Shown here one piece after another: positions 15,401 to 26,793 of a stretch of 64,000 nt of DNA. Both the position numbers and the translations under genes were made by a program. The first letter of the stretch is position 1, and the number at the start of each line of letters is the position of its first letter. Origin of the DNA: Eledone cirrhosa (lineage: Eukaryota); the NCBI GenBank assembly GCA_964016885.1, contig OZ024753.1, positions 930,001 to 994,000 on the forward strand. Direction: 5' to 3'. The notes under the pieces are model-generated. The model was not told where the DNA came from and did no database searches. It was given only the letters and a program-made list of their open reading frames with translations.

Positions 15401-18400
15401 CACTAATGCCCTAAATTATTTACTTACTGTAAACATGATTTCTATTACTGTTGTTATATCATTCTAAATCCTATTAAATATCTTTACATTGAGAATTGTG
15501 GTAAAGATATCTCACCTGTTCAATTTTATTGGTAAATATATATTGTTGGTAAAGATATCTCTTAGTAAACACATCTGTTCAATTTTATTGATAAATATAT
15601 ATATGTTGGTAAAGATATCTCTTAGTAAACACATCTGTTCAATTCTATTGGTAAATATATATTGTTGGTAAAGATATCTCTTAGTAAACACATCTGTTCA
15701 ATTTTATTGATAAATATATATTGTTGGTAAAGATATCTCTTAGTAAACACATCTGTTCAATTTTATTGATAAATATATATTGTTGGTAAAGATATCTCTT
15801 AGTAAACACATCTGTTCAATTTTATTGATAAATATATATTGTTGGTAAAGATATCTCTTAGTAAACACATCTGTTCAATTTTATTGATAAATATATATAT
15901 GTTGGTAAATATTTTTACTGGTAAACACATCTGTTCAATTTTACAGTGGAATTATCCAATTGCTATGTTTATATGGAAAATAGCACCAGCCCTGGCATGT
16001 GGTAATGTTTGTGTCTTGAAGCCTGCTGAACAAACCCCTCTCACGGCCATTTATATGGGGGCTCTGCTGAAGGAGGTAAGTACAGGACTTTTGTTTATGT
16101 CTTACATATTTTATGAGACATGTATAAAAAGCTTAATGTTGTGAATACTGAGCAATCTCTGGTAAGTAGGTACTCTCCAGTATGTATTATCTGGTGGGTA
16201 CTCTCTGGGTTGTATTATCTGGTAGGTTCGCTCTGGTAGATAACCCTCCTGTAGGTGTTTTCTAGAAGGTTCTCTATCATGGGTAATCTCCAAATTGCTA
16301 GCCTTGTGCCTCAATCAGAAACCATTATTATCACTAGCAGAAAAACCACCCTTCGGGTGGTTTTCTGCTAGCATGTGTAGTGTGTATATTGATATTATAC
16401 ACAAATATATGCATGTAGATATGATACATCAAATAAAATCATAATTGACAATATACACAGAAATTGAACGAAGACTGTGTTACACTGTCTTATGTAATCA
16501 GTTAAGTAATCCATGACGCTATTATATATAAACGCTATTATATATAAACTGCATTAGGAGAAAATTAGCAACGGAAATATATGCAATATTTTTATAAGTG
16601 TTATAATATAACGGCCTCTAACCGGAAGTGTTGACACTTGAAAATTTTAAAGAAGTGAATCATTAAATAAACTATAAAATATATTTAATCAACAGCCACG
16701 AAATTTAGTAGATAAATTATGTAATATTCATTAGTAGAGCATCTGACAACATGCTTTATGGCATAGTTATGGCCTTTACGATCTGAGTTCAAATCCTGCT
16801 GAGGTTAGCTTTGCCTTTCGTCCTTACAGGGTCAATAAAATAAAGTACCAGTAATGCACTGCGGTCGATTTAATCGACTTTCTCCTCTTCGAAAATTGTT
16901 GGACATTTTTCTTTTTTTTTTCAAGACATCTTAAGGTGGACTGTTTGTCAAGACTAGGGAACTCCACCTGTCCATTGGAGCAGGATTATCCTGCACCTGA
17001 CACCAACTCAGATTTTCTTGGTCACTGGGTATTTATTATAATTATTATTATTTTTACAGGCAGGTTGCCCACCTGGAGTTGTTAACATCCTACCAGGCTA
17101 TGGGCCCACAGCTGGGGCAGCAATAAGCAACCACCCTGACATTAACAAAGTAGCCTTCACTGGTTCAACAGAGGTAAGTAGAATGTTACTAAAACACTAA
17201 ATTGTACTAAAGCAACTTTCTCAATGTTTGTATTTTTAATAACAGTAGTAACTGTACTCAACAATTTGCACTATTAACCCTTTAGAAAGCAACCCACCTG
17301 AATCTGTCCCTGGTTTTATGATACAAAACATTTTAGTGTTTATATTTATATTAAATCCTTTTGTCATAATTTTATGTAAGAATTATTTAAGTAATGCTCT
17401 GAACATCAGCTTATTAACAGAGGTTATATTACTAAATTCCTCAATTCTTTAAAAATTAATTCAAACATATACACAGTGTCTATCATTAGAAGTCTGTGTG
17501 TATCTGGTTTAGAATAGATAACAATATCCCAGTGTATTGTAAGAAGCAATTAAAAGGCAAGAACATAACTCTTCTGTGTCTGGTTTGAATAAATGTTAAT
17601 CTTATCATTATTTTTATCTTTTTTAAGATTGGACAAATAGTTATGCAAGCTGCTGGAAGTACCAACTTAAAGAGATGTTCTCTAGAACTTGGTGGCAAGA
17701 GTCCATGTGTTATTTTTGCAGATGCTGACCGTAAGTATTCAGTTAGAATTTTTTCCCTTTGTTTGGATCTTTCATTGGTTTAAAGGTGTGATAATTTCTA
17801 AAACATGTCTTCTTTATTGACCTAATTAAGAATCTAGTGAAAGATAAATAACCCAAGGGCCCAAATTATCGACCATGTCTTTTTACCAGCCACAATACCA
17901 TTGGGTGATCTCAATTAACAAGTACATTTCAAACAACACATTTAGAATAAACCCATGCCCTGAGATATCAATAAATGACATCTGTAATGAAGGGCTGTAC
18001 ATAGTAGCAGAAAAGGGATTCAATTTTAGATTAACCATAGGATTAGTTAATCAAGGGAACAAGGGCTCCATTTTATTCAAATTTATTGTATTTGTAATTC
18101 CAAAAGATATTTTTTTGGCAGACTTTGTATATAGAGTCACCATAATATTTTAAGTGTTTAAGGCCTCAAAAGGGCTTAATTTGCCCTTAGACAAAAGCAG
18201 CACTGTAAACTGTAACTATCTTAGTCATAGTAAGTCCTTTTGAGGCCCTGTTTCCAAGTTAAAATAGAAAAACTTGCATGCAGAAAACAATTTTGAAGAA
18301 TTTTCTTTTTTAATTTCACTTTAGAAATTTAATCATGAAATCCAGTGTAGTGATGGTCAAGAAATATTTGTAGCTCTGCCATCTGAGGTTTCATTTATGT

Positions 18401-21400
18401 TTGAATACTCTTTTACTTAGTCTAACCCAGCGGCTACGTCTATGTCAGACAGTAACAATTTTAGCAAGTTTCCAGCTTTAGTTTTTGAAAAACTGATCAA
18501 ATATAAGGAAATTATAACATGAACTCTTAACATCCTGTAATAATTTAGCAGAAATAAAATATCTAAAATTGGGTTTCTTAATTTAAATATTCCTAGTATC
18601 ATTACTGATGAACAGATCATTGTGAAAATTTGCAATTTAGAGTAAAGACTTGAATTATTAATACAATGCAGCCACAGTCCTATTTTGTACCTTTTAGAAT
18701 GTCTTTCTCAAGAGGTTTCATATGGTACAGGATGTTAAGTGTTAAAGAAAACTTTAATAATTTCTAACATCTTATATCTTTATATAACTAATGTTGTGTA
18801 ATTTTATGTGACTTTTAGTTGATTATGCTGTGGAAACAGCTCATGAGGCAGTAATGACTAATATGGGCCAGTGCTGTGTTGCTGGTTCACGTACATATGT
18901 ACAGGACTCTATTTATGATGATTTTGTTGCCAAGAGTGTTGAGAGAGCTAAAAGACGGAAAGTTGGTGATCCCTTTGATTCTGAGACAGAAAATGGACCT
19001 CAGGTAGGAGCCCTTTTTTTTCAATTCTTTGTTATTCTCTGTTGTTTCTGATTATAGCCAAAATCATCATCATCCTTTCTGTTTAACATTTAATTTCTAG
19101 GGTTGCATAAGTTAGAGAGGTTAAGTTCTGAGGATGGACTTGTCAGGTAACCATGTCCTGCTCATACATTCCATTTTGAGCTTTGTTTGTATGGTCTCAT
19201 GCCCTTCCTAATGCCAACCACCTTACAGCATGTACTAGGAGCATTTTATCATGACTCCAGCACTACCACCTTAGAGGCTGGACTTGGTGCTTTTTATCCT
19301 AGTACCAGCACTACCACTTTACAGGGTGGATTTGGCAGGACCCCTTGGTTCAATTAGTAAAGGCCTCCAAAGTTAAGGTACGGGAGGGGTTTAGCTGGAA
19401 TCTGATTTCAGATCAGCAAATTAAGTGTTCTGGCAGACCATCCGCCGACTTTGTAATAAGAAATCCTCCTCCACACCTGCTATCAGGAATGCATCTGAAG
19501 TTCTCCTCTCTTCAGAGAGGTGCATCCTCTTGAAGTGGAGAAAATACATTAAGTTGATATCTTAAATTTTCTCTCTTCTATTTACTCTAGGTTGATGCTG
19601 ATCAGTTCTCAAAAATTATGGATTTGGTGAAAAGTGGAGAATCAGATGGTGCCAAAATGATGTGTGGTGGTAAACAGAAAGGAGACAAAGGATATTTTAT
19701 AGAACCAACTGTTTTTGCCAATGTCAAAGATGACATGAGAATAGCAAAAGAAGAGGTAAGTCTTCTAAATATATTTACATTCAACTCTAGTTTCACACAT
19801 TGATCTCTGGTCATACTGCAGCACCAGCTTCATTTACTGGATTATATTCACCTCAGTATGTTTTCAAGTCAGATACTTATTTTATCTATCTCTGTTGTGT
19901 TGAACCACTAAGTTACAGGACATAAATGCAGGCACACAGAGTTCTGCAGTTTCCATCTGCCATGAAGATGAAGAAAATATACAAACATTTGTCTGTTCTA
20001 CCATGTTTTAGTTATGTTATTAACACTACAATTAAGATTTATATTGATTTTTATATTAATTTCTTAATATTTCTAGATATTTGGTCCAGTGCAACAGATA
20101 ATCAAGTTCTCTGATATGGATGAAGTAATAGAGCGTGCTAATAACACCCACTATGGGCTTGGAGCTGCCATCTTTACAAAAGACATTGAAAAGGCTATGA
20201 CCTTCACAAGTGCTGTTCGGGCTGGAACTGTGTGGTAAGAATAATTTCACTCCTTAATTATAATACATTATATATCTTGTATGCACTCCTTCCACACCCT
20301 AACAACCCTCCCCTGTCCACATCCCTCCAACTATGCCTAAATATATATATTTGAAAATTGGCAGAGTTACTAGTGTAGGACTAAATACCTTCAGAGTATT
20401 CGTTCTGGCCCTTTACATTCTAAGTTCTTATGTAGCCCTGATTAATACCACCGGATTGTTGGGTGTCTTTAGTAGAGTCCACTCTATTGCAATCATTCTG
20501 GCTAGGTCTTTAGTTTGAGCATACCTTCTTCCCTCCTGCTTCAAGGGCCCTAAAACTCCATCAAGAGTTATAGGTTCATACATTTATCCTGTTTATTTAT
20601 TTTAATTTCTTCTTGCAGGGTGAACACCTATAACAGTGTATTTCCTCAATCTCCATTTGGTGGATTTAAAATGTCTGGAATAGGCAGAGAACTGTAAGTT
20701 GAAAATTAAGAAATATTTCTATTTTATCAAAGAGTTGATAGAACTGTGTTGCTAGAGAATGGGAACATTCTGATATTATGGTTAGTTGCAATGTAAGTGG
20801 ACTCCTGCTGGACAAATAAGCAACCACCCTGGACGAAACAATGATGTTACGAGAGATGGAACACTGGGTGACACTGTTAGCTCTCAAGAAGATTCTCACA
20901 ACCCAGTGATATGGCTACGACAGGCAAATAAAGGCTGGGTCTGAAAAAATGATCAAATTGGTGACTAGCTTGAATAAGACCACCAAAAGCTGCAGTATGT
21001 TCAGATGCTATAAAATCAAAGGGACATGTCCCGGCCTTAGGTAGAAGTGCCTGTTCAAAAAATATATTGCAGTCTCCATCCAAAGTCATAAAAACTGGAC
21101 ACTATACAAATGCCCTAGTACTTGGGTAAATGAAACTATTCAATGTGGGTGTCACATTCTGCCAGGGGTGTGTACTGTCATCTCTCTTGTTCATTATTTT
21201 CATGAACAAGACTGACATAGTCTGGTTGGAAGTAGGATCAGTCAGCTGGAATTTGCAAATGTTATGGTACTACTTAATTTATCAGATGATCTGACATGCA
21301 TTGAACAGGTTTACTACTGAGTGCTTCACGACAGGAATGAAAATCAGTACCCTGACTTGATCACAATATCCTACTTATGAGGCCTTAAGTCTTAGTTTAA

Positions 21401-21705
21401 TAAGAATGTGTTTGTTCTTTCAATCTTAAATTATTTGTTTCTTTTTTTTTTTTTTTATAATCCAGGGGAGAATATGGTCTCCATGAATATACAGAGGTGA
21501 AAAATGTAAGTAACATGCACTGCATATTTCTACATATTTATTTTGATTGTGTCAAAAGTTATACAGGTTTAATGAACACTTTCGAATTGAGATTTAATCA
21601 ACATAAATATACCTTTCATATTCAAGTCATAACCTTCAGCTTTTAATATACTTATTTATGTATATTTTTCAGGTCATTATTAAAATTGCCCAGAAGAATT
21701 CTTGA
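12372..21705 (+). CDS. ALDH1: Aldehyde dehydrogenase, ALDH1-type, copy A (exons 2-14; exon 1 not found in window)
   Basis: GT-AG exons 12372-12476, 13274-13414, 13556-13682, 15276-15337, 15947-16075, 17060-17173, 17628-17730, 18819-19003, 19591-19755, 20077-20234, 20619-20693, 21466-21505 and 21673-21705 splice in frame. Motifs [51 protein letters not shown], ending QKNS*. Confidence 0.93.
13274..13414 (+). CDS. ALDH copy A exon 3
   Basis: [14 protein letters not shown]...[13 protein letters not shown]. Confidence 0.9.
13556..13682 (+). CDS. ALDH copy A exon 4
   Basis: [42 protein letters not shown]. Confidence 0.9.
13765..13971. mobile_element. piggyBac-type MITE
   Basis: TTAA-CCCTTTAACATTTA...TAAATGCTAAAGGG-TTAA. 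Family copies at ~11220-11405 and 63603-63819. Confidence 0.8.
14092..14457. repeat. 71-bp minisatellite, ~5 units
   Basis: gagctacatgttacacctggcttgggcctataactagctttgatgagctacaatttacaactagctttgag. Confidence 0.9.
14884..15265 (+). mobile_element. Two head-to-tail tRNA-derived SINEs (Nin/Deu-like core)
   Basis: B-box gagttcaaatcc, core ctttcatccttacggggtcgataaaataaagtaccag, (ATT)n tail. More than 12 copies occur in the window. Confidence 0.85.
15276..15337 (+). CDS. ALDH copy A exon 5
   Basis: [21 protein letters not shown]. Confidence 0.9.
15497..15946. repeat. ~60-bp minisatellite, ~7 units, ending in the exon 6 acceptor
   Basis: ttgttggtaaagatatctcttagtaaacacatctgttcaattttattgataaatatata. 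Confidence 0.9.
15947..16075 (+). CDS. ALDH copy A exon 6
   Basis: [43 protein letters not shown]. Confidence 0.92.
17060..17173 (+). CDS. ALDH copy A exon 7
   Basis: [38 protein letters not shown]. Confidence 0.92.
17628..17730 (+). CDS. ALDH copy A exon 8 (catalytic Glu)
   Basis: [34 protein letters not shown]. Confidence 0.92.
18819..19003 (+). CDS. ALDH copy A exon 9 (catalytic Cys)
   Basis: [34 protein letters not shown]...ENGPQ. Confidence 0.92.
19591..19755 (+). CDS. ALDH copy A exon 10
   Basis: [16 protein letters not shown]...[22 protein letters not shown]. Confidence 0.92.
20077..20234 (+). CDS. ALDH copy A exon 11
   Basis: [36 protein letters not shown]...AGTVW. Confidence 0.92.
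20619..20693 (+). CDS. ALDH copy A exon 12
   Basis: [25 protein letters not shown]. Confidence 0.92.
21466..21505 (+). CDS. ALDH copy A exon 13
   Basis: [13 protein letters not shown]. Confidence 0.88.
21673..21705 (+). CDS. ALDH copy A exon 14 (stop)
   Basis: [10 protein letters not shown]. Confidence 0.88.
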   Translation, partial: VIIKIAQKNS

Positions 21706-21908
21706 AATCCCAGATTATTTCCATCAGTCTAAAATGGTCAACTGAACAAATTAATAACTCAGCTCTTCCAATGAAAATTTGATATAAATTCTCATTCTAC
21801 AGAATATCAAAACATAGCAGAAACAAGATGACTTATTTTTCTTACTCTTTTACTGTTTTATGAAAGTATTCTTTGTTATTCTGTAATAATAATAATACGT
21901 TCTCTCCT

Positions 21909-21942
21909 AATAAATATGTTGTAGACATTTAATGCAAATAAA
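21909..21942 (+). terminator. Candidate polyadenylation signals of copy A
   Basis: AATAAA at 21909 and 21937, followed by a GT/T-rich tract. Confidence 0.55.
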
Positions 21943-21954
21943 AATGTAAAAAGT

Positions 21955-21987
<33 letters not shown>

Positions 21988-22734
21988 CAGTTTATACAGG
22001 GTGTAACAGGTACATTGGGACAAATTTCAAATGGGTATATTTTTAATTGTATAGATTTTGTTGGAGTCTAAATTTTAAATATTACCAGCTTAAATAATCA
22101 CTTATTCATTTGTTCAATCTGAAATAAAGAATTAAACAATAGAAGTGTAATTGCTAAATTATTCTGCACTGGCAGACGTACTGGGGAGATTGTTAAAGCC
22201 AGAACGTATGCCAAATCTGTTTTTAGAGCTGTAGCTAATTTGAAGAAAAGCCAGGATGTTCAGAGAAAGCCTCACAGTGAATAAAAACATACACCTTGCT
22301 TCTTAGGACGATTGAGCCAAACCCTGATCAAGATCGAGAAATCATTAAAATGACCATTTCTAGGGCTGTGAGATGAGACACTGTAACATCCTAACTACCC
22401 ACTCCAAAACTTCTTAGTCATCTGAAACATTGTAGCAAAGATGTTGCTGTGTAGGATGAGTCCGCTTGTGAGTCGAGTCCAGACTGTTTACCTGTGTCTA
22501 GTGGCTACGACAAGAGAAGTAGTGTGATGGATGAGATAGCGACAACTGACGAGAAGTGTGTTGAGCAGCAAGTGCCACTATACCAAGTATTTGTGGACTT
22601 TACCAAAACCTTCGATACTGTTAATCATTGTGCATTGTGGATCCTATTGGGAAAACTTGGATACCTTCATGAGTTTTGTTGGAATATTCAGAAAACTCCA
22701 TCAAAATATGAAAGCCAAAGTGAACTATCATCAG

Positions 22735-22909
22735 CATCACCATTTTACGTCCATTCTTCCACGCTAGCATGGGTTAGACGTGTTGTCCTGTTGTGGGCAG
22801 TGTCTGGTCAGCTGACCTTGTCTTGCTCATACAGGAACTGATTCTGGCTTGATTTCTACAGCTGGATGCCCTTCCTAACACCAACCTCATTTACAGTGAG
22901 TGCTGGGTG

Positions 22910-22943
<34 letters not shown>

Positions 22944-23312
22944 CATGGCACCTCCACGACCACTTTGCAGTGGAATGATAGGGACCCCAGTCCAGGGCCG
23001 TCTTAACAGCATTATAGGCCCCTGGGCAAATCAGAGTACTGGGGGCCCCTACCTACATAACTACTCACAGGAATAAAAATACAAATGGGCCCCCTATCCT
23101 CGTGGGCCCCCCCCGGGCAACTACCCAGCGTGCCCATACGTTAAGATGGCCCTGCCCCAGCCCCTATCATCTCATTTCTACAGCTGAGTAAACTGGAGCA
23201 ATGTGAAATAAAGTGTCTTGCTCAAGGAAACAACACATCACCCGGTCCAAGAATTGAACTCACAACCTTTCGATTGCAAGCCCAATGCTCTAACCACTAA
23301 GCCATGCGCCTT
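22735..23312 (-). mobile_element. tRNA-headed SINE (Meta-like core) with RTE-derived tail
   Basis: Reverse complement has a tRNA-like head, cttgagcaagacact core and a tail matching the RTE 3' UTR. It is interrupted by a MITE. Confidence 0.75.
22993..23154. mobile_element. hAT-type MITE nested in a SINE
   Basis: 15-bp TIRs cagggccgtcttaac / gttaagatggccctg. 8-bp TSD ccccagtc / ccccagcc. Confidence 0.85.
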
Positions 23313-24715
23313 CATGAAGTATTTGTATTACTATATAAAGGTGGCACTCTTCCTCTCGATTACTCCTGTGCATCTAAAAGCAAAGTCTTCCCTTCCTGTT
23401 ATTCTACCTGATATACCACTACCGCTCTTGTATAACCAAGGGTACACTGTATGGAGTTTATGCCTACTCCTTTTCTACATATTGAGCAGGGTCACTTCCC
23501 TGAAGGGATCAGGGTCCTATTTCCTTTCCTACTTACAAGCATTTACTCTCAGACCTTTTGATTCCAAATTCTGTTTCCATAGTCAGAACTTATTCTCTAA
23601 TTCTTTTATGGATTCAGCTATAAGGACCAGATCATCCACATAGAGAAGTTTCCATGGACAGCCAGTCTTAAATTCCTCTGTCATGGCCTGGAAAACTAAA
23701 GAGCAGCAATGAATTAAGAACCAAACTCTGATAAAACCGAACTCTACCTTGAATTATTCATCATTGTCATCATCACCACCATTTAAAATCCATTGTTCCA
23801 TGCTAGCACGGGTTAGATGAGTTGTCTCCTAACAAGACAAGCCAGATCAGATAGCCATGTCTTGTTCATATAGAACTTTCAGGCTTGGATTTTACAGCTG
23901 AATGCTATTCCTAATGCCAACCATATTTACAGTGTGGACTGGGTGATTTATGTTGTGACACAAACACAACCACTTTACAGTGTGGACTGGGTGATTTATG
24001 TTGTGACACCTATACAACCACTTTACAGTGTGGGGTTGTAATGATAATAAAAGAAATTGTCATTGTTTAGACCAGAGCAGCTCTGACCCAGCATACACAT
24101 GATCAAAAGCAACCCAGCCATGACCATCCTGTCTTTCATTTATTTATTTATTTTTCAGATGTGATCTCAGATTGCACCATCCAATAAGTTGTTCCCCTTT
24201 TAAGATAGTAAGGTATGTTTTCAGGGAAATTTGACTGCCATTTCTTGCAGAGTGAATGACCACATAGAAGTGTCCTCTTTGGTTTGTCGCTATTAATAGT
24301 ATATATCTGGAGTATAAATTTCAAGATGGTTTGCAATTCTGCTTTTATGAATTGACCATAGCATTTCCCTTGGACAACATTGGTGGCATGGAGAGAGGAG
24401 ATTGGTATACATGGGAGACTGCTGGTCTTTCACAAACAACCTTGCCTGGACTTGTACCTTGGAAAGGAACTTTCTAAGTGTAATTACCCTTTTAGTGATG
24501 GTCTGGGTATTGTTCTTAGATCTAGTTGAAGTATTTGTATTACTAAACAAGTCATATCTAACACCATACATTATCATTAAAAAATATGCACTCACAAAGA
24601 AAAGTACTGAGAAGCTATTGCCTTACATATTTTTATGGCATTTTATAGTGAAACCAACACCAGGCAAGATGTTAGCTGAAGAGGTGTGTATGCATGTATG
24701 TCATATCAGTATCAT

Positions 24716-25175
24716 CATCATCATCATCACCGTTTTACGTCCATTCTTCCATGCTAGCATGGGTTAGACGGGTTGTCCTGTTGTGGGCAGTGTCTGTTCG
24801 GCTGACCATGCCTTGCTCATACAGGAACTGATTTTGGCTTGATTTCTACAGCTGGATGCCCTTCCTAACACCAACCTCATTTACAGTGAGTTCTGGGTGC
24901 TTTTTCCGTGGCGCCTACACGTCCACTTTGCAATGTGGGCTGGGTGCTTTTTTTTTGCCGTGGCACCTCCACGACCACCTTGCAGTGGGAGGGTGTGGGG
25001 GCATATTGTCTATATGCTTCAGCTTGTACCCATGGGAGGTCGGGTACTCTGTATTACTGCGTGACGCCAGTATTCGTGTGTCATCGCCTTTGAGAGGTGT
25101 AATTGGGTAAGGTCGGCTTTTATCACCTCATCCCAGGTCTTCTTGGGTCTCCCCACTCCACAGTTTCCATTGACT
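24716..25175 (-). mobile_element. RTE LINE 3' fragment
   Basis: Reverse complement of ~7230-7686 with a (CAT)n tail. Confidence 0.85.
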
Positions 25176-26528
25176 TCAGTATGTAGATTATAATCTGAAA
25201 AGGTGTAAGGAATGTGCGAGCATCGGAGGTCTTAAAAGGCACATGAAAACACAGCCAGAACAAAGCAATGGAAAGTCCTGGGGGAGACTACAGTTGCCAT
25301 GTATGTGCCAGAGGGTACAAGTCTTTTGTGTCTCACATTTTTGAGCATTTTATTAGGTGATAGCAATGCTTGAACATGAGTTTGCAGCCATCATGTATGC
25401 ATGCATGCTCACATCTTACCTGGTGTTGGTGTCATTATAAAATGCCATAAAAATATGCAAGGCAATAGCTTTTTTATGATAATGTATGGTGTTAGATATG
25501 ACTTGTTTAGTAATACAAATACTTCTTAGTAGAACTAAGAACAATACACAGACCATCACTAAAAGTGCTACAGATAAAATGTCACCATGTACAACCTGTG
25601 CATGGTCGGGTCATCTGCGACTAAACTGGCAAGCCCACATAGCTTGCTTGTCAATTCAGTTGTAGTGATTAATTTAGCTCTTTGGACTTTCAAATGGTCT
25701 GAAAATGCAAGCCTTCAATAATTATAAAGTGATTATAGTAAAATGACCTACAAAATCTGTCTCTGATTACACATACTAGCAACTGGCAAATAGAGATGTG
25801 TGGAGAAAAAGTTGTGACATGACAAAAATATTTACTATGAATGTTAACATAACATATTACACTGTCAAATATCAAGAAACCATTATTGAAAGCCATATAA
25901 GAAACCATTATAACTTCCGAGGTTGACTTTGCCTTTCATCCTTACGGGGTCGATAAAATAAAGTACCAGTAATGCACTGGGTAATTGCTGGCCTTGTGCC
26001 AAAAGTAGAAACAATTATTATCAAATATCAACCAAGATATATAAGACTTCGATGTGCGATAAACATAACATGTACATACATTGTAACATATATACAAATA
26101 GATGTGAGTTTTGGTAGTTTGGAGAGAGGTGGGCGTGTGTTACAGAAATGAATAGACAGAGGGTGTATATTAGAGAGAGAAGGTGTATGTGTAAGAGAGT
26201 CAACGTGAAGACTATCAACAGTATCATATAAACTTACGGGTATCATTTAAAACTAACACGACGTTGACCTGAATAAATAAAAATTCTGCAATCGAAAGAC
26301 CATTAAAATTCCCGAAAATGCTTAGTTACACAACTTAAATATCTTATTCAGACACTAGTGGCAGGGGAGGGGGTTTGTTTCTTTTTGTATTTATTTATAT
26401 TGTTATTATTATTAACTTCTATTTACTTTCAACGTCCACTGAATATTTTTTGTTTCAGTACACACCCATATATATATAGATAGATAGATGTATAGGTATA
26501 TATACACGGAGGAGGTGTTACTTTAGTT

Positions 26529-26578
<50 letters not shown>

Positions 26579-26733
26579 GAGGAGGTGTCACTTTAGTTCG
26601 TGTGTATATATATATATATATATATATACATATACACACACACAGAGGAGGTGTCACTTTTGCAAGCGAACGTGAAACACGACGTAGACAAGTATAGTTA
26701 TATACAGAATAATATAAATAAGTATTTTCAACT

Positions 26734-26793
26734 ATGGAATCGATAAGCGAAGCACCAGTTCCTATCAGAAACCCACAAGTTAAATATACGCAG
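26734..26793 (+). CDS. ALDH copy B exon 1
   Basis: [20 protein letters not shown]|gtattt joins IFINNE in phase 0. Confidence 0.88.

Noticed and set aside
20760-21200. Possible LTR-retrotransposon gag remnant in intron 12
   Set aside because: Only a vague Cys/His-like stretch, too degenerate to support.
23240-23312. tRNA gene (also the GTTCAAATCC B-boxes of the Nin-core SINEs)
   Set aside because: These are tRNA-derived SINE heads fused to core and tail sequence, with no clean cloverleaf.
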